Source of the DNA: a virus
Lineage: Duplodnaviria > Caudoviricetes
IMG/VR virus record: IMGVR_UViG_2974506496_000001
Coordinates: 160,001 to 224,000 of that record
Strand: one strand, 5' to 3'
Length of the DNA: 64,000 bases
Shown: in pieces, positions 1-8,293 of the stretch
Position numbering within the stretch: position 1 is the first letter of the stretch
Layout: each line of letters starts with the position of its first letter
Program-made: the position numbers and the translations under genes
The notes under the pieces: model-generated
What the model saw: only the letters and a program-made list of their open reading frames with translations
Database searches by the model: none
What the model was told of the DNA's origin: nothing

Positions 1-486
1 CTGCTCTTTATGCTTTTTTAATTTTTGTCAAATATAGTATTATGCAATTCTAGTAATTAACGACACGGTAAAGTATACTTATAAGGAGAACAGGCCAGCA
101 ATGGGGGAAACCTTTAAGGATGGGGGCTTATGCTGATATATATTACAGACAGTATTAACAGTGATATATTGAGTATATCAGCATACCAGTAAGTAGCCTT
201 ATAGCTGTCAATAATCATTATCTATTATAACCCAGAGAGAACACCCTCTTAGAACAAAGATATAATAGATAATCATTAACCTGTAATCGGATAAAAAAAA
301 ACCGCGAAATTGAAACCGGGAGGCTGAAGCCTCTCTTTATGCCTGTTTAGTGTATTCTAGTAATTCGTGACTAGAGTGGCTAACAGTATGAAAGTATTTA
401 AATCTTTCACCCGAGCTAAGGGTAACGTAGAGGTTTAGATATATGCTGATTAAATTTTAATTACGATTAAGAGAAGGATCGTTATC

Positions 487-912
487 ATGACAGATCTCAA
501 CAAAGACAACCTCATGAAACCCGGGGATGTGAAAGCCTTGTTTGCCAATAACGAGCATGTCAATCTCCCAACGTTAGTCAGTGAAGTCCGTGGACTGTTT
601 ACCCTGTTATGCAATGAACCCGAGAATGCTCGCTTCTTGTGGTTTCCGGATCATGCTTCAGTGCTCTCCTGGGTGGGGCAGTTCAGCGTGCAGTTGAAAG
701 TCTATTTCAGCGGTGAGATTGAAGTGAGCATCAATACCGAGCTGGGGGCGTCAGTGATTGGTCAGGAACGGGCGAATGCGTTGGTGTTTGTTGATCGCAT
801 CTTACCCCTTACAGGTTACTACGCCAACATCACCCATTGGCCTGCCAAAGAGGGGCACGGTGAGATCATCCTGATCCAGTACTTACTGAAGGCGCCGTCT
901 GCTGACGTGTAG
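487..912 (+). CDS. hypothetical phage protein
   Basis: 141-aa ORF with AAGGA RBS upstream. Confidence 0.7.
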   Translation: MTDLNKDNLMKPGDVKALFANNEHVNLPTLVSEVRGLFTLLCNEPENARFLWFPDHASVLSWVGQFSVQLKVYFSGEIEVSINTELGASVIGQERANALVFVDRILPLTGYYANITHWPAKEGHGEIILIQYLLKAPSADV

Positions 913-926
913 GGTTATAACTATGG

Positions 927-1322
927 GTGATTCCGTCCTTGAGTCACACCACTCAACCTGCACACGGCCGAGACATACGCACTATGATAACACAACCCAA
1001 TGTCAGATTAACCCCCGAGGACACGCAATACCGAATCTACCTGGCAAATGACTTAGGTCTGGATTCCAGCCCGATGCTCCATCTGGAGTGGGAAAAAGGA
1101 CGTAATGAGTATTTAATTGGAGACCTCATCCTGGCGCGCCAAGGTGATCATTTTCTCCTGTCGATCAAAAGCTGTCGTCGTAAAACTGTCATCGCTTCTG
1201 CCAAAGTTTTAGATAACGGCTCAGTGGGCATTTATCTAAACCAGTGCTTTAGCAACATGGCCAACAAAGCAGAATTGGTGTTGAGTTTACGCGACGCTGT
1301 GACGCGATACCTCTACTGTTAG
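927..1322 (+). CDS. hypothetical protein, probable paralog of 2477..2749 (start may be 984)
   Basis: AKVLDNGSV...LRDAVTRYL resembles GHVLANGNV...LRNQIRFL. Confidence 0.6.
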   Translation: MIPSLSHTTQPAHGRDIRTMITQPNVRLTPEDTQYRIYLANDLGLDSSPMLHLEWEKGRNEYLIGDLILARQGDHFLLSIKSCRRKTVIASAKVLDNGSVGIYLNQCFSNMANKAELVLSLRDAVTRYLYC

Positions 1323-1430
1323 TCGTCGTATATCTTATGAAATAGACTCCTTCGCCCGCCTCCTTCTTCCTGAGGGTCGTGGGTTGAAGGGTCTATGCCG
1401 ATCGATATGTAATCTAATAAATTTTGTATC

Positions 1431-1438
1431 TATATTAC
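1431..1438 (+). promoter_or_regulatory. phiKZ-type early promoter motif TATATTAC
   Basis: Exact TATATTAC after an AT-rich stretch, upstream of the 1512 ORF; recurs across the window. Confidence 0.6.
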
Positions 1439-1511
1439 GAATAGGTAATTGTTGGCCAACAACATGACAGCATTTTTATGACTGTCTTATTAACCCCTCG
1501 GAGTTGCTTCT

Positions 1512-2057
1512 ATGATGAACGAAGATTTTGTCGGTACTGGTACGTATTACAAGACCGCTGTTGAACAACCAGCTGTACCGACCGTGCCAGTCAGTGATGC
1601 ACAGATCGTCGAGTCAAGCACCAAGTTTGAAGCATGGTTAGCCTCCGTGGGTTGGCCGGCATGCAAACGCCCGCGCAGCTACCCGGCGGTAGTGACTCTT
1701 TATAAAGGGAAGGCATCCACCTTTACTGCCATTGAGATCAATACCCGTACTCGCTACTACCTGGCGATCCAGCGCATCGCGGCAAACTATGCACACCTGG
1801 TCAAAGCCGAGCCGAACAAACGTCACCGGATCATCTTGCGGGGTTCATTACTGACCAGCCGTCTGGATGGACGGGTCGCAGTGGTACTGGCTGATCAAGA
1901 TGTCACTGACCTGGTCGTGGGTATCGCCTACAACAAAGTCAGTGTCGTGTTTAATCCACAATCGTTTATCAACGCCATAGAGGACATCGATAACAGCTTT
2001 CGCAATCAAAACAAATGGAGCTGGTCGATTGGGCTGGAGATTGTGACATCCCGTTAG
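1512..2057 (+). CDS. hypothetical protein
   Basis: 181-aa ORF with GGAG RBS. Confidence 0.7.
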   Translation: MMNEDFVGTGTYYKTAVEQPAVPTVPVSDAQIVESSTKFEAWLASVGWPACKRPRSYPAVVTLYKGKASTFTAIEINTRTRYYLAIQRIAANYAHLVKAEPNKRHRIILRGSLLTSRLDGRVAVVLADQDVTDLVVGIAYNKVSVVFNPQSFINAIEDIDNSFRNQNKWSWSIGLEIVTSR

Positions 2058-2063
2058 TAGGAA

Positions 2064-2471
2064 TTGGTCATGGAACATTTAACTTTTGCTGATCTCACTG
2101 CTGATCAGTTTACTGCTTTACTTCAGACCGTTACACACCGTGTAACCATTCATTGTCCCGATAAATGGCTCTGGGTTGATTCATCTGCAAAGCAACCGCA
2201 ACTTGTGGTTTCTACGCGCTTTTCAGATAAACGCAATCCTTCGGGCTGGGCGCCCTACCTTACGCGACTCAATCTTCCTTCAGATGTCGAGGTGACATCA
2301 GTGTCTGTCCTTTGGATAGAGAAGGCAGATTGGTTCTTGTATGAAGTAACTGGGGTTGATGCGCAGGGGAGCTTGTGCCATCAGTTTATCAAAGCTACAG
2401 TGCAAGGGGAAAAGAAATACAAAACCCACGCACTGTGTCTCTATCGGGATCGTCTCACATTACAGGAGTAA
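2064..2471 (+). CDS. hypothetical protein
   Basis: ORF with AGGA RBS, operonic. Confidence 0.65.
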   Translation: MVMEHLTFADLTADQFTALLQTVTHRVTIHCPDKWLWVDSSAKQPQLVVSTRFSDKRNPSGWAPYLTRLNLPSDVEVTSVSVLWIEKADWFLYEVTGVDAQGSLCHQFIKATVQGEKKYKTHALCLYRDRLTLQE

Positions 2472-2476
2472 ACCTC

Positions 2477-2749
2477 ATGAAACTAACTTTATGCCAGGCC
2501 AACGGGTATTCATTGATTCACCCAGCGTACCACAGTCACACCCCGAAGAACAACGTCGTGTTGGCGGAGGGGAAGTTATCCTTTAAAGACAACCGCTGTT
2601 TCCTCGGCACCAAAGAGATCGGTCATGTGCTGGCGAACGGCAACGTACAGTTGAACACCGATGTGGTGCTGCCTACCCTCGGCTTTGTCACTGGGTTGCG
2701 TAACCAGATCCGCTTCCTGCACAAAACCATTGCCCGTCAGCTTCATTAA
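2477..2749 (+). CDS. hypothetical protein
   Basis: AGGAG RBS before ATG 2477; followed by hairpin and T-tract. Confidence 0.65.
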   Translation: MKLTLCQANGYSLIHPAYHSHTPKNNVVLAEGKLSFKDNRCFLGTKEIGHVLANGNVQLNTDVVLPTLGFVTGLRNQIRFLHKTIARQLH

Positions 2750-3097
2750 GGTCACAGGGGGGTAGTTGGACTACCCCCTCGCCTTTGTGCTCTTTTTTTT
2801 GTATTTAATTACACAAGAGAGCATCGTATGTAGGTCAGTCGTGACCACCAATAGTGACAACAACTAAATTAAGTTCACCAGTACTCTTGGCGGGGGATGT
2901 GTCAGTAACGGTACGCACCCCCGTTCCTTTTTTTTTTTATACCGCACCCAAATTCCCGAACAGGTTGAGCAGATCACCCAGGTCACGTTGTCCTAGCAAC
3001 GTACTTACGGCGCCCGTCGTATCAGACACCCCCTGCGTCTAAGTTTGACCCGATCTGCTCGACCTTCCTTATCTACCACTACCCTAAGGAACCTGCT

Positions 3098-3418
3098 GTG
3101 AGCGATGATATCAAAGTAACCAAACAACTGACCGTGTCCGCCCCTGAGCACGGCATCAAGGTACAGATCGACGCCCTGGCATTAAAGGACGATGAACACG
3201 CCGATCCTGAGCAGTACCGGATCATCTCAACCGCGATCGCTGAAACTGGTGGTGAGCCGTTGACGGAAGGTGAGTTCAATGATTTCCGTCGTTATGACGA
3301 AGAAGGTCGTCTGCTGTTCTCCTTCTTCCCGGCCAGTGGCATCCTTGAGATTGCCCACGGCTACGACAACGAGATCAACCTGACTGTGGTTGTTACCCTG
3401 CGTGAAGTCGCCGCGTAA
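3098..3418 (+). CDS. hypothetical acidic protein
   Basis: AAGGA RBS, GTG start, phage-like codon use. Confidence 0.7.
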   Translation: MSDDIKVTKQLTVSAPEHGIKVQIDALALKDDEHADPEQYRIISTAIAETGGEPLTEGEFNDFRRYDEEGRLLFSFFPASGILEIAHGYDNEINLTVVVTLREVAA

Positions 3419-3529
3419 TGCCTTGCTCAGGTTTAGGGGTGCGGCATAACAGCCGCACTATCTCCGTACGGGAGAAACGACGCCGTACTGCGCTCTATCG
3501 TGCCTTAGCTAAAGCTAGAGAGGTGTGCG

Positions 3530-3769
3530 GTGGAGCGAACTGAACTTATGGCCGGCGGGGAATACACCCACTATAAAGGCGGTTGCTACAAGGTTGTTGG
3601 GTTTACGAACCTGCATGCAAAAGACAACCCGCAGTTTATCCCGCAAGTGGTGTATCACTCGATCAGTCCGAACGACCCCAATAACTGGTACTCGCGTCCA
3701 CTGAGTGAGTTCCTGGAAAAGTTCAGGCCAATTACGCCTGAAGATGTGAAGGCCGACATCGGTCTTTAA
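3530..3769 (+). CDS. DUF1653-like protein
   Basis: YxHYKGGxYxV...VVY...WxRPLxEFxEKF pattern. Confidence 0.75.
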   Translation: MERTELMAGGEYTHYKGGCYKVVGFTNLHAKDNPQFIPQVVYHSISPNDPNNWYSRPLSEFLEKFRPITPEDVKADIGL

Positions 3770-3844
3770 GCACGACCCGGCTTACGAGCCACGGTGTTAC
3801 GACACCACCTTTAACTACTACTCTTAACTACTAAGGAATGACTA

Positions 3845-4984
3845 ATGTCCATGATCGTGAAAATCACCTCGGGTGAAGATAAAGCTGACAACAATGTGAG
3901 CAAAGGGTTTGAACTGATCCCAGTAGCGGCCGGTATGCGCACTGCCTTTGAGCGCGATGAACAATCCCGCGCCTGGTTTAAGTTGTTCAATACGGATGCA
4001 GAAGGTATTGAACAGCAACTGCTCACCCGTCAGGTACTGGGTAACGTCTATGTGATGGAAGCCGGTAAGACTATCGCCAGTTTCTCCTCGGCCGATATCA
4101 GTGATATCCGGACGTCAGCAGAAGGCACCGTGTTCTTGAGCAGCCCTGCCAACGGTATCAGTAACCAACCTTATACCGAGCCTGCTATCTCTGAGCTCAA
4201 CGTACTGGGGTATAATGACCGCCTGCACGACTATACCGAGCTGCCTTTCATCACCTCAGAAGAAGTGAATGATGCCCGGGTGTTTAAGTTTCACGCCAAC
4301 TCAGAGCCAGAAGTCTGGTATGTCAATGCCGATAAAGAGTGGCAGCTGCATGAGCAGGCAACACTCAACCATCGTCAGTCTGGCGCAGCAACCAGTGAGC
4401 GCGTAGATGTCGAGGAGTTTGCCAAGGAGCTCGCCCTGGCCGTATTTGACAGTGCCGATGTTTCAGCCAGCAATGATAACATGATGTTTATCAAAACGTT
4501 GGCGGCGACGGTGATGACTGCGCACGAGAAGAACGTCACTGACTACATGGGCCTGGAATTGTTGTCAATCATTCGAGTGCCATTCTCGCGCTTAAAAACG
4601 CTGGAAGAGTATCTGCGCGTGTGCAAGTATCCGGTGCTGTGTAAGTTCGCCACTGAAGGTACACGTATTGTGAGTTACCATGTGCGGGCGTATGAGCCAA
4701 TCAATGACATCCTGCCTGGTACCGAGCTTCTGCTCCAACGTCTCAAAAGCGAACAGAAAGGCCTGGTAAAGAACCTGGTTGATAAGATCGTTAAGTACTA
4801 CCGTGCGGATTGCACCGTCGTACCGGTCGAGCCCAACCTGGTTTTTGAGTCCTTCGAGGAGCGGGCGCTGTCTGATGAATTCAGACGACTGCTTAAAATC
4901 CAGCTGGACTTCATCATGAACGATGACGGTCACTGCCATACCGCAGTGATCAGTTATCCGAGTATCATCCGTATGGGTGAGTAG
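3845..4984 (+). CDS. hypothetical protein
   Basis: 379-aa ORF with AAGGA RBS. Confidence 0.8.
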   Translation: MSMIVKITSGEDKADNNVSKGFELIPVAAGMRTAFERDEQSRAWFKLFNTDAEGIEQQLLTRQVLGNVYVMEAGKTIASFSSADISDIRTSAEGTVFLSSPANGISNQPYTEPAISELNVLGYNDRLHDYTELPFITSEEVNDARVFKFHANSEPEVWYVNADKEWQLHEQATLNHRQSGAATSERVDVEEFAKELALAVFDSADVSASNDNMMFIKTLAATVMTAHEKNVTDYMGLELLSIIRVPFSRLKTLEEYLRVCKYPVLCKFATEGTRIVSYHVRAYEPINDILPGTELLLQRLKSEQKGLVKNLVDKIVKYYRADCTVVPVEPNLVFESFEERALSDEFRRLLKIQLDFIMNDDGHCHTAVISYPSIIRMGE

Positions 4985-5337
4985 CAGGTATTTGTAAATA
5001 AATACTAGATACCTGCTATTACTATGTAAACTACGACGCTCCGAAAATCCCCCAAGATAAAGGAGTCATAACCTCTCCGTTATGCGCCTCGTAGTTTTCT
5101 TTTGAGACAGGCAAGGACGTCGACTGGGTTCAGCTGATACTGTAAAGTGTTGCTGTGTGTACCCGGTCCCTTGCCGTCTCCTTTTTCTCGATTTGTGCGA
5201 TTCTCTTCCAGGCTGTTCTTACCTGATCTCGTGTCAGGAAACAGATCGAAGACAGACATGCGAATCAACTTTGGTAGTGCCTACTATATACACACTTAGC
5301 TGTAAATTTTACTCAAAAGCAATATTAAGGATGACCC

Positions 5338-5505
5338 ATGGACAAGCAGAGAGAAGATTCTATCGTTGAGATGATGACACTCGCTCAGCGATTAAATAAC
5401 TTAGTCGTTGGAATGCAAGTCCGCAAAGCCCAGTTAACGTCAGGTTCCGCCAAAGTCGTCGCTGATGCAATCAGCAAAGCGAATGTGAAACCTGAGGATC
5501 ACTGA
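5338..5505 (+). CDS. small 55-aa protein (MDKQREDSIVEMMTLAQRL...), absent from ORF track
   Basis: TAAGGA RBS, ATG 5338, TGA 5503-5505, helical-looking sequence. Confidence 0.55.
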   Translation: MDKQREDSIVEMMTLAQRLNNLVVGMQVRKAQLTSGSAKVVADAISKANVKPEDH

Positions 5506-5665
5506 GGTAGCCGTAAACGTAGTGGGTATGGCGGGGATCAATGATAGCCCTGCTCGGTGAGTTTGTTAATCCCCGCCGTATCGCTTCGTAGAACACAGGG
5601 TCACTCATGACGTGGGGAGTGGCATAAACACCTGGGGTAGAAGTCCCAACTGCATCCAAAATTCT

Positions 5666-5741
5666 TGGTCTATAGTTCAGTCGGTAGAACAGCGGACTGT
5701 TAATCCGTAGGTCGCTGGTTCGAATCCAGCTAGACCAGCCA
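5666..5741 (+). tRNA. tRNA-Asn(GTT)
   Basis: Full cloverleaf: TGGTCTA/TAGACCA acceptor, GTTC/GAAC D stem, GCGGA-CTGTTAA-TCCGT anticodon arm, GCTGG-TTCGAAT-CCAGC T arm, encoded CCA. Confidence 0.97.
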
Positions 5742-5747
5742 AACAAT

Positions 5748-5893
5748 GACGCCCGTCACAGCCGCTTAAGCGCGCAGAAGATGACTTGTGTGCTCTGTGG
5801 CGATACTCGGACTTGCCAGCCTGTGGGGGCGGAGTAAAGTCTGGGTATTAGCCCGCTGCCATGTTACCACGTGAAAGTCGTGGGGGCGTCACC
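5748..5893 (+). ncRNA. tRNA-like structured RNA: acceptor plus T minihelix with two long arms and no anticodon loop
   Basis: GACGCCC/GGGCGTC 7-bp stem, CCACG-TGAAAGT-CGTGG arm directly 5-prime of it, ACC tail; inner helices 5755-5761/5795-5801 and 5803-5814/5837-5848. Confidence 0.6.
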
Positions 5894-5973
5894 CTATTAG
5901 ATCGATCGCTGACAGTACGTGTTTATACTTACTTGCTTCTCTGGTTACGCTAACCTATCGTGAGGAGATAAAC

Positions 5974-6270
5974 ATGAATCTGTATATAGTCAAACGTGAT
6001 GATAGAGCTGTGGATTTCGAACAGTGTGCGGGGATGGTGGTTGCTGCGTCGTCTGAGGATGAAGCTTTGCGATTGCACCCGATGGTTCTTGACTCTAGCC
6101 ACCCAGACAATGCTGAGCGGCACCTGGCTGAATCGGCGGAGAACTTCGAGGATGGTACGTTGTACGGCTGGCCTAGCCAGGACCGTTTTCACGAACTGAC
6201 CATCACCTTGATAGGAACCACACACCTGACTATTCCGCAAGTTCTGTTACTCGACTATAAAGGCGGTTGA
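5974..6270 (+). CDS. hypothetical phage protein
   Basis: GAGGAG RBS; MNLYIVKR...GMVVAASSEDEAL.LHP...LLDYKGG resembles a common small phage protein family. Confidence 0.75.
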   Translation: MNLYIVKRDDRAVDFEQCAGMVVAASSEDEALRLHPMVLDSSHPDNAERHLAESAENFEDGTLYGWPSQDRFHELTITLIGTTHLTIPQVLLLDYKGG

Positions 6271-6389
6271 TCTAAGTCCGGGGTAACACCCGGACACCCT
6301 ATTCTGTTTTTCAGTACATCACTGGAAGATACTATCGAGAGCAGCCACTCCGATACTCTAATTTATAAAGTTTAAAAAGGATAATAACG

Positions 6390-7043
6390 ATGTCAACCGA
6401 AATGACCATTTCTCGTGCACTGGCTACAGTGAAGTCTTTGAATGTCCGCATCAAAGATATCTCTAAAAAGCAGGTGCTGATTCTGCCAACTGCCGGCACC
6501 GGCGACATGCAAGCGGTGATCAACAACAGCATCACTGTTACCGATGCTGAAGCCGCCATCCAGAATAACTGGAATGCGCTGAACGACATGATCAAAGTGC
6601 GTAACGATATTCGTGCGAAGATCATCCTGTCGAACGCCACAACCAAAGTGACTATCGCCGGTAAAGAATACACCATTGTTGAGGCATTGGACTTCCGCAA
6701 CTCCCTGGTCGAAAAGAAAGACACGGTTGAGTGCCTGAAGCGCAACTACGACTCCACAATGAAAGTTCACCGCCAGCAGGGCGACATCTACGAAAAGCGT
6801 TTAAGCGATGTGCGCTCCGAAGCCCTGGCCTCCGGCAAGAAGTTTGATGAAGCCAGCTTGAAGACCTTCACCGATCCAATCGATGTGAAGATGAAACCAG
6901 GCCTGATCGATCCTCTGGGTATCTCAGCAGTTATTGAGAAGCTGGACAAAGAGATCGCTGACTTCGAACTTAACGCCGACTACGCGTTGTCCGAATCTAA
7001 CGCAACGACCAAGATCACTGTTGAACTTGGTAACATTGCTTAA
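6390..7043 (+). CDS. coiled-coil protein resembling the DIP1984/DUF6847-like family, immediately upstream of a long structured RNA
   Basis: MTISRAL..VK.L..RI; internal repeat SNATTKVTI / SNATTKITV; TIVEAL; DPLG..IEKLDKEI; family similarity recalled, not searched. Confidence 0.6.
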   Translation: MSTEMTISRALATVKSLNVRIKDISKKQVLILPTAGTGDMQAVINNSITVTDAEAAIQNNWNALNDMIKVRNDIRAKIILSNATTKVTIAGKEYTIVEALDFRNSLVEKKDTVECLKRNYDSTMKVHRQQGDIYEKRLSDVRSEALASGKKFDEASLKTFTDPIDVKMKPGLIDPLGISAVIEKLDKEIADFELNADYALSESNATTKITVELGNIA

Positions 7044-7052
7044 CCCGTATTA

Positions 7053-7495
7053 AAAGGCTTGTCTTCGTTTGACGAAAGATCAAACACCGCCTTCCTATTT
7101 GGCCGGATGGAAGTAAAATAACCGGCCAGCCATTATACATCTGTAGGTCGCAGGTTCGATTCCTGTCGGGGTGAAACCCGTAGCTCAGTCGGTTAGAGCA
7201 GCAGAACAACTGCTTATGCTAAAAGCAATGATCTTTGGGATCATCAATGGTGTACTGTGAGCACCTTGAAATCACAGGTCTAAAGCTTAAAGCTATAACG
7301 TATAATGACTAAAGCTCTAAAGGTTTAAACTTATAACGTTAAAAAGATCTACACTCCCTGATGACTGTGTTCGTCGGGCTATAACGCTAAAACCTTTTAA
7401 ACAAATCCTGGGTATTCCTCCGCTGTGAGGATGGGTAATGTGGAGTGTGGTCTGCCACGTATCGCCGCCAGGCTGTCTTGCGGAGACAAGTCTTT
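7053..7495 (+). ncRNA. ~440-nt Y-RNA (YrlA)-like ncRNA with permuted tRNA domain and UAAAG-like repeats
   Basis: Terminal helix AAAGGCTTGTCTTCG (7053-7067) pairs with CGGAGACAAGTCTTT (7481-7495); GACGAAAG/CTGTC bulged helix; T arm, looped acceptor and D arm in that order at 7140-7205. Confidence 0.7.
7280..7402 (+). repeat. imperfect 6-9-nt tandem repeats with a TAAAG/TAACG core
   Basis: CTAAAG CTTAAAG CTATAACG TATAATG ACTAAAG CTCTAAAG GTTTAAAC TTATAACG TTAAAAAG, then three more units at 7379-7402. Confidence 0.7.
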
Positions 7496-7517
7496 CCCTT
7501 TTGCAATAGGTGACCTA

Positions 7518-7688
7518 ATGACAGGCACTGCCTTAATGATCATTGAGCAACCACAACTGGAATTCAATATCCCGTTGAGGTCGCCTTATCCTACCCTTCA
7601 TGACGTAAGGTTTTCTATGTTCCCTGTTATGGCTGAGCCTGAGAACGAAGGGTTTGAACAAGATTCAGAAACTGACGCATTACATTGA
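7518..7688 (+). CDS. small acidic hypothetical protein (56 aa)
   Basis: AGGTGA RBS before ATG 7518; the longer ORF-track start would overlap the ncRNA. Confidence 0.45.
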   Translation: MTGTALMIIEQPQLEFNIPLRSPYPTLHDVRFSMFPVMAEPENEGFEQDSETDALH

Positions 7689-7977
7689 GGAGATTCAATC
7701 GCGCAGGTTCTTAACCGACTAAAGCCAGGGTGACTTGTGTTATCTTGGTAACAGGTGAACGCGTCGTTACAGCGCATACGACTGAATGGGCCGATCCCCC
7801 CTTCGGAGTAATATTAGCCCAGATCCATTGCACACCAATAAGTCAATGGCTAGCCAGACACACAAAAAACTATTATGCTTCGACAGATGGTAGGTGCCTG
7901 ATTACTACAATTCGATTCGATACCTCAACTAAAAGGCGGACACAAGGGCCGTTATGAGTGAAGCACCAGGAAACTAT

Positions 7978-8030
7978 ACCTTGGTAAGGCCCCAGGCTTT
8001 TTATCCTTACCAAGGTTCTCTTTCTTTTAC
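7978..8030 (+). terminator. intrinsic terminator-like hairpin
   Basis: ACCTTGGTAAGG/CCTTACCAAGGT 12-bp stem followed by TCTCTTTCTTTT. Confidence 0.55.
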
Positions 8031-8106
8031 TACCTGATAATGGGTGGATGCCTTAGTCACCTTTCTTTCACAGAGGCAACAACCTAAGGCGTCTGCCCGC
8101 CCTATA

Positions 8107-8216
8107 ACCCGAGTCGTCTAGCGACAAGACACCGTCAGACCCATTTGGTAACAGCCTAACTTACCTGTTACCCAACCTATGACGGAAACAGGTGGTTCAA
8201 CTCCACCTCTTGGGTC
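8107..8216 (+). ncRNA. tRNA-Glu-like RNA with anticodon loop replaced by a ~44-nt hairpin insert
   Basis: ACCCGAG/CTTGGGT acceptor, TC-GTCT..AGAC D arm, CCGTC/GACGG stem, AAAC variable loop, AGGTGG-TTCAACT-CCACCT T arm. Confidence 0.7.
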
Positions 8217-8293
8217 TTAGGTATTGGCTTAGGCAAACTCCGTCGCGGCTTTACCCTCAATAGGCTGCGTTGCGTAAGTCAGTACCGTGCTGT

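Noticed and set aside
1-486. AT-rich region as a replication origin
   Set aside because: No iterons or other diagnostic repeats visible; may simply be a promoter region.
5632-5658. T-arm-like hairpin followed by CTGCATCCA, resembling a tRNA 3-prime end
   Set aside because: No matching 5-prime acceptor strand nearby and the stem is imperfect.
5471-5746. Minus-strand ORFs 5471..5746 and 7015..7209
   Set aside because: Antisense translations of tRNA and tRNA-like sequence (WIRTSDL, RNRTCDL are typical artefacts).
7280-7402. CRISPR array or type III antitoxin repeats
   Set aside because: Units are only 6-9 nt, degenerate and without spacers; no cas or toxN-like gene seen.
7349-7450. Second hammerhead: ACTCCCTGATGA (7353-7364) is identical to 8301-8312 and CTACACTCC pairs with GGAGTGTGG
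   Set aside because: No GAAA core strand and no NUH triplet before the stem I 3-prime strand; CTGATGA instead pairs with TCGTCGG. At most a remnant.
7053-7495. tmRNA (including two-piece permuted form) or group I intron
   Set aside because: Acceptor is sealed by a loop with no G3-U70 or CCA, no tag reading frame found, and no P7-type conserved elements recognised.
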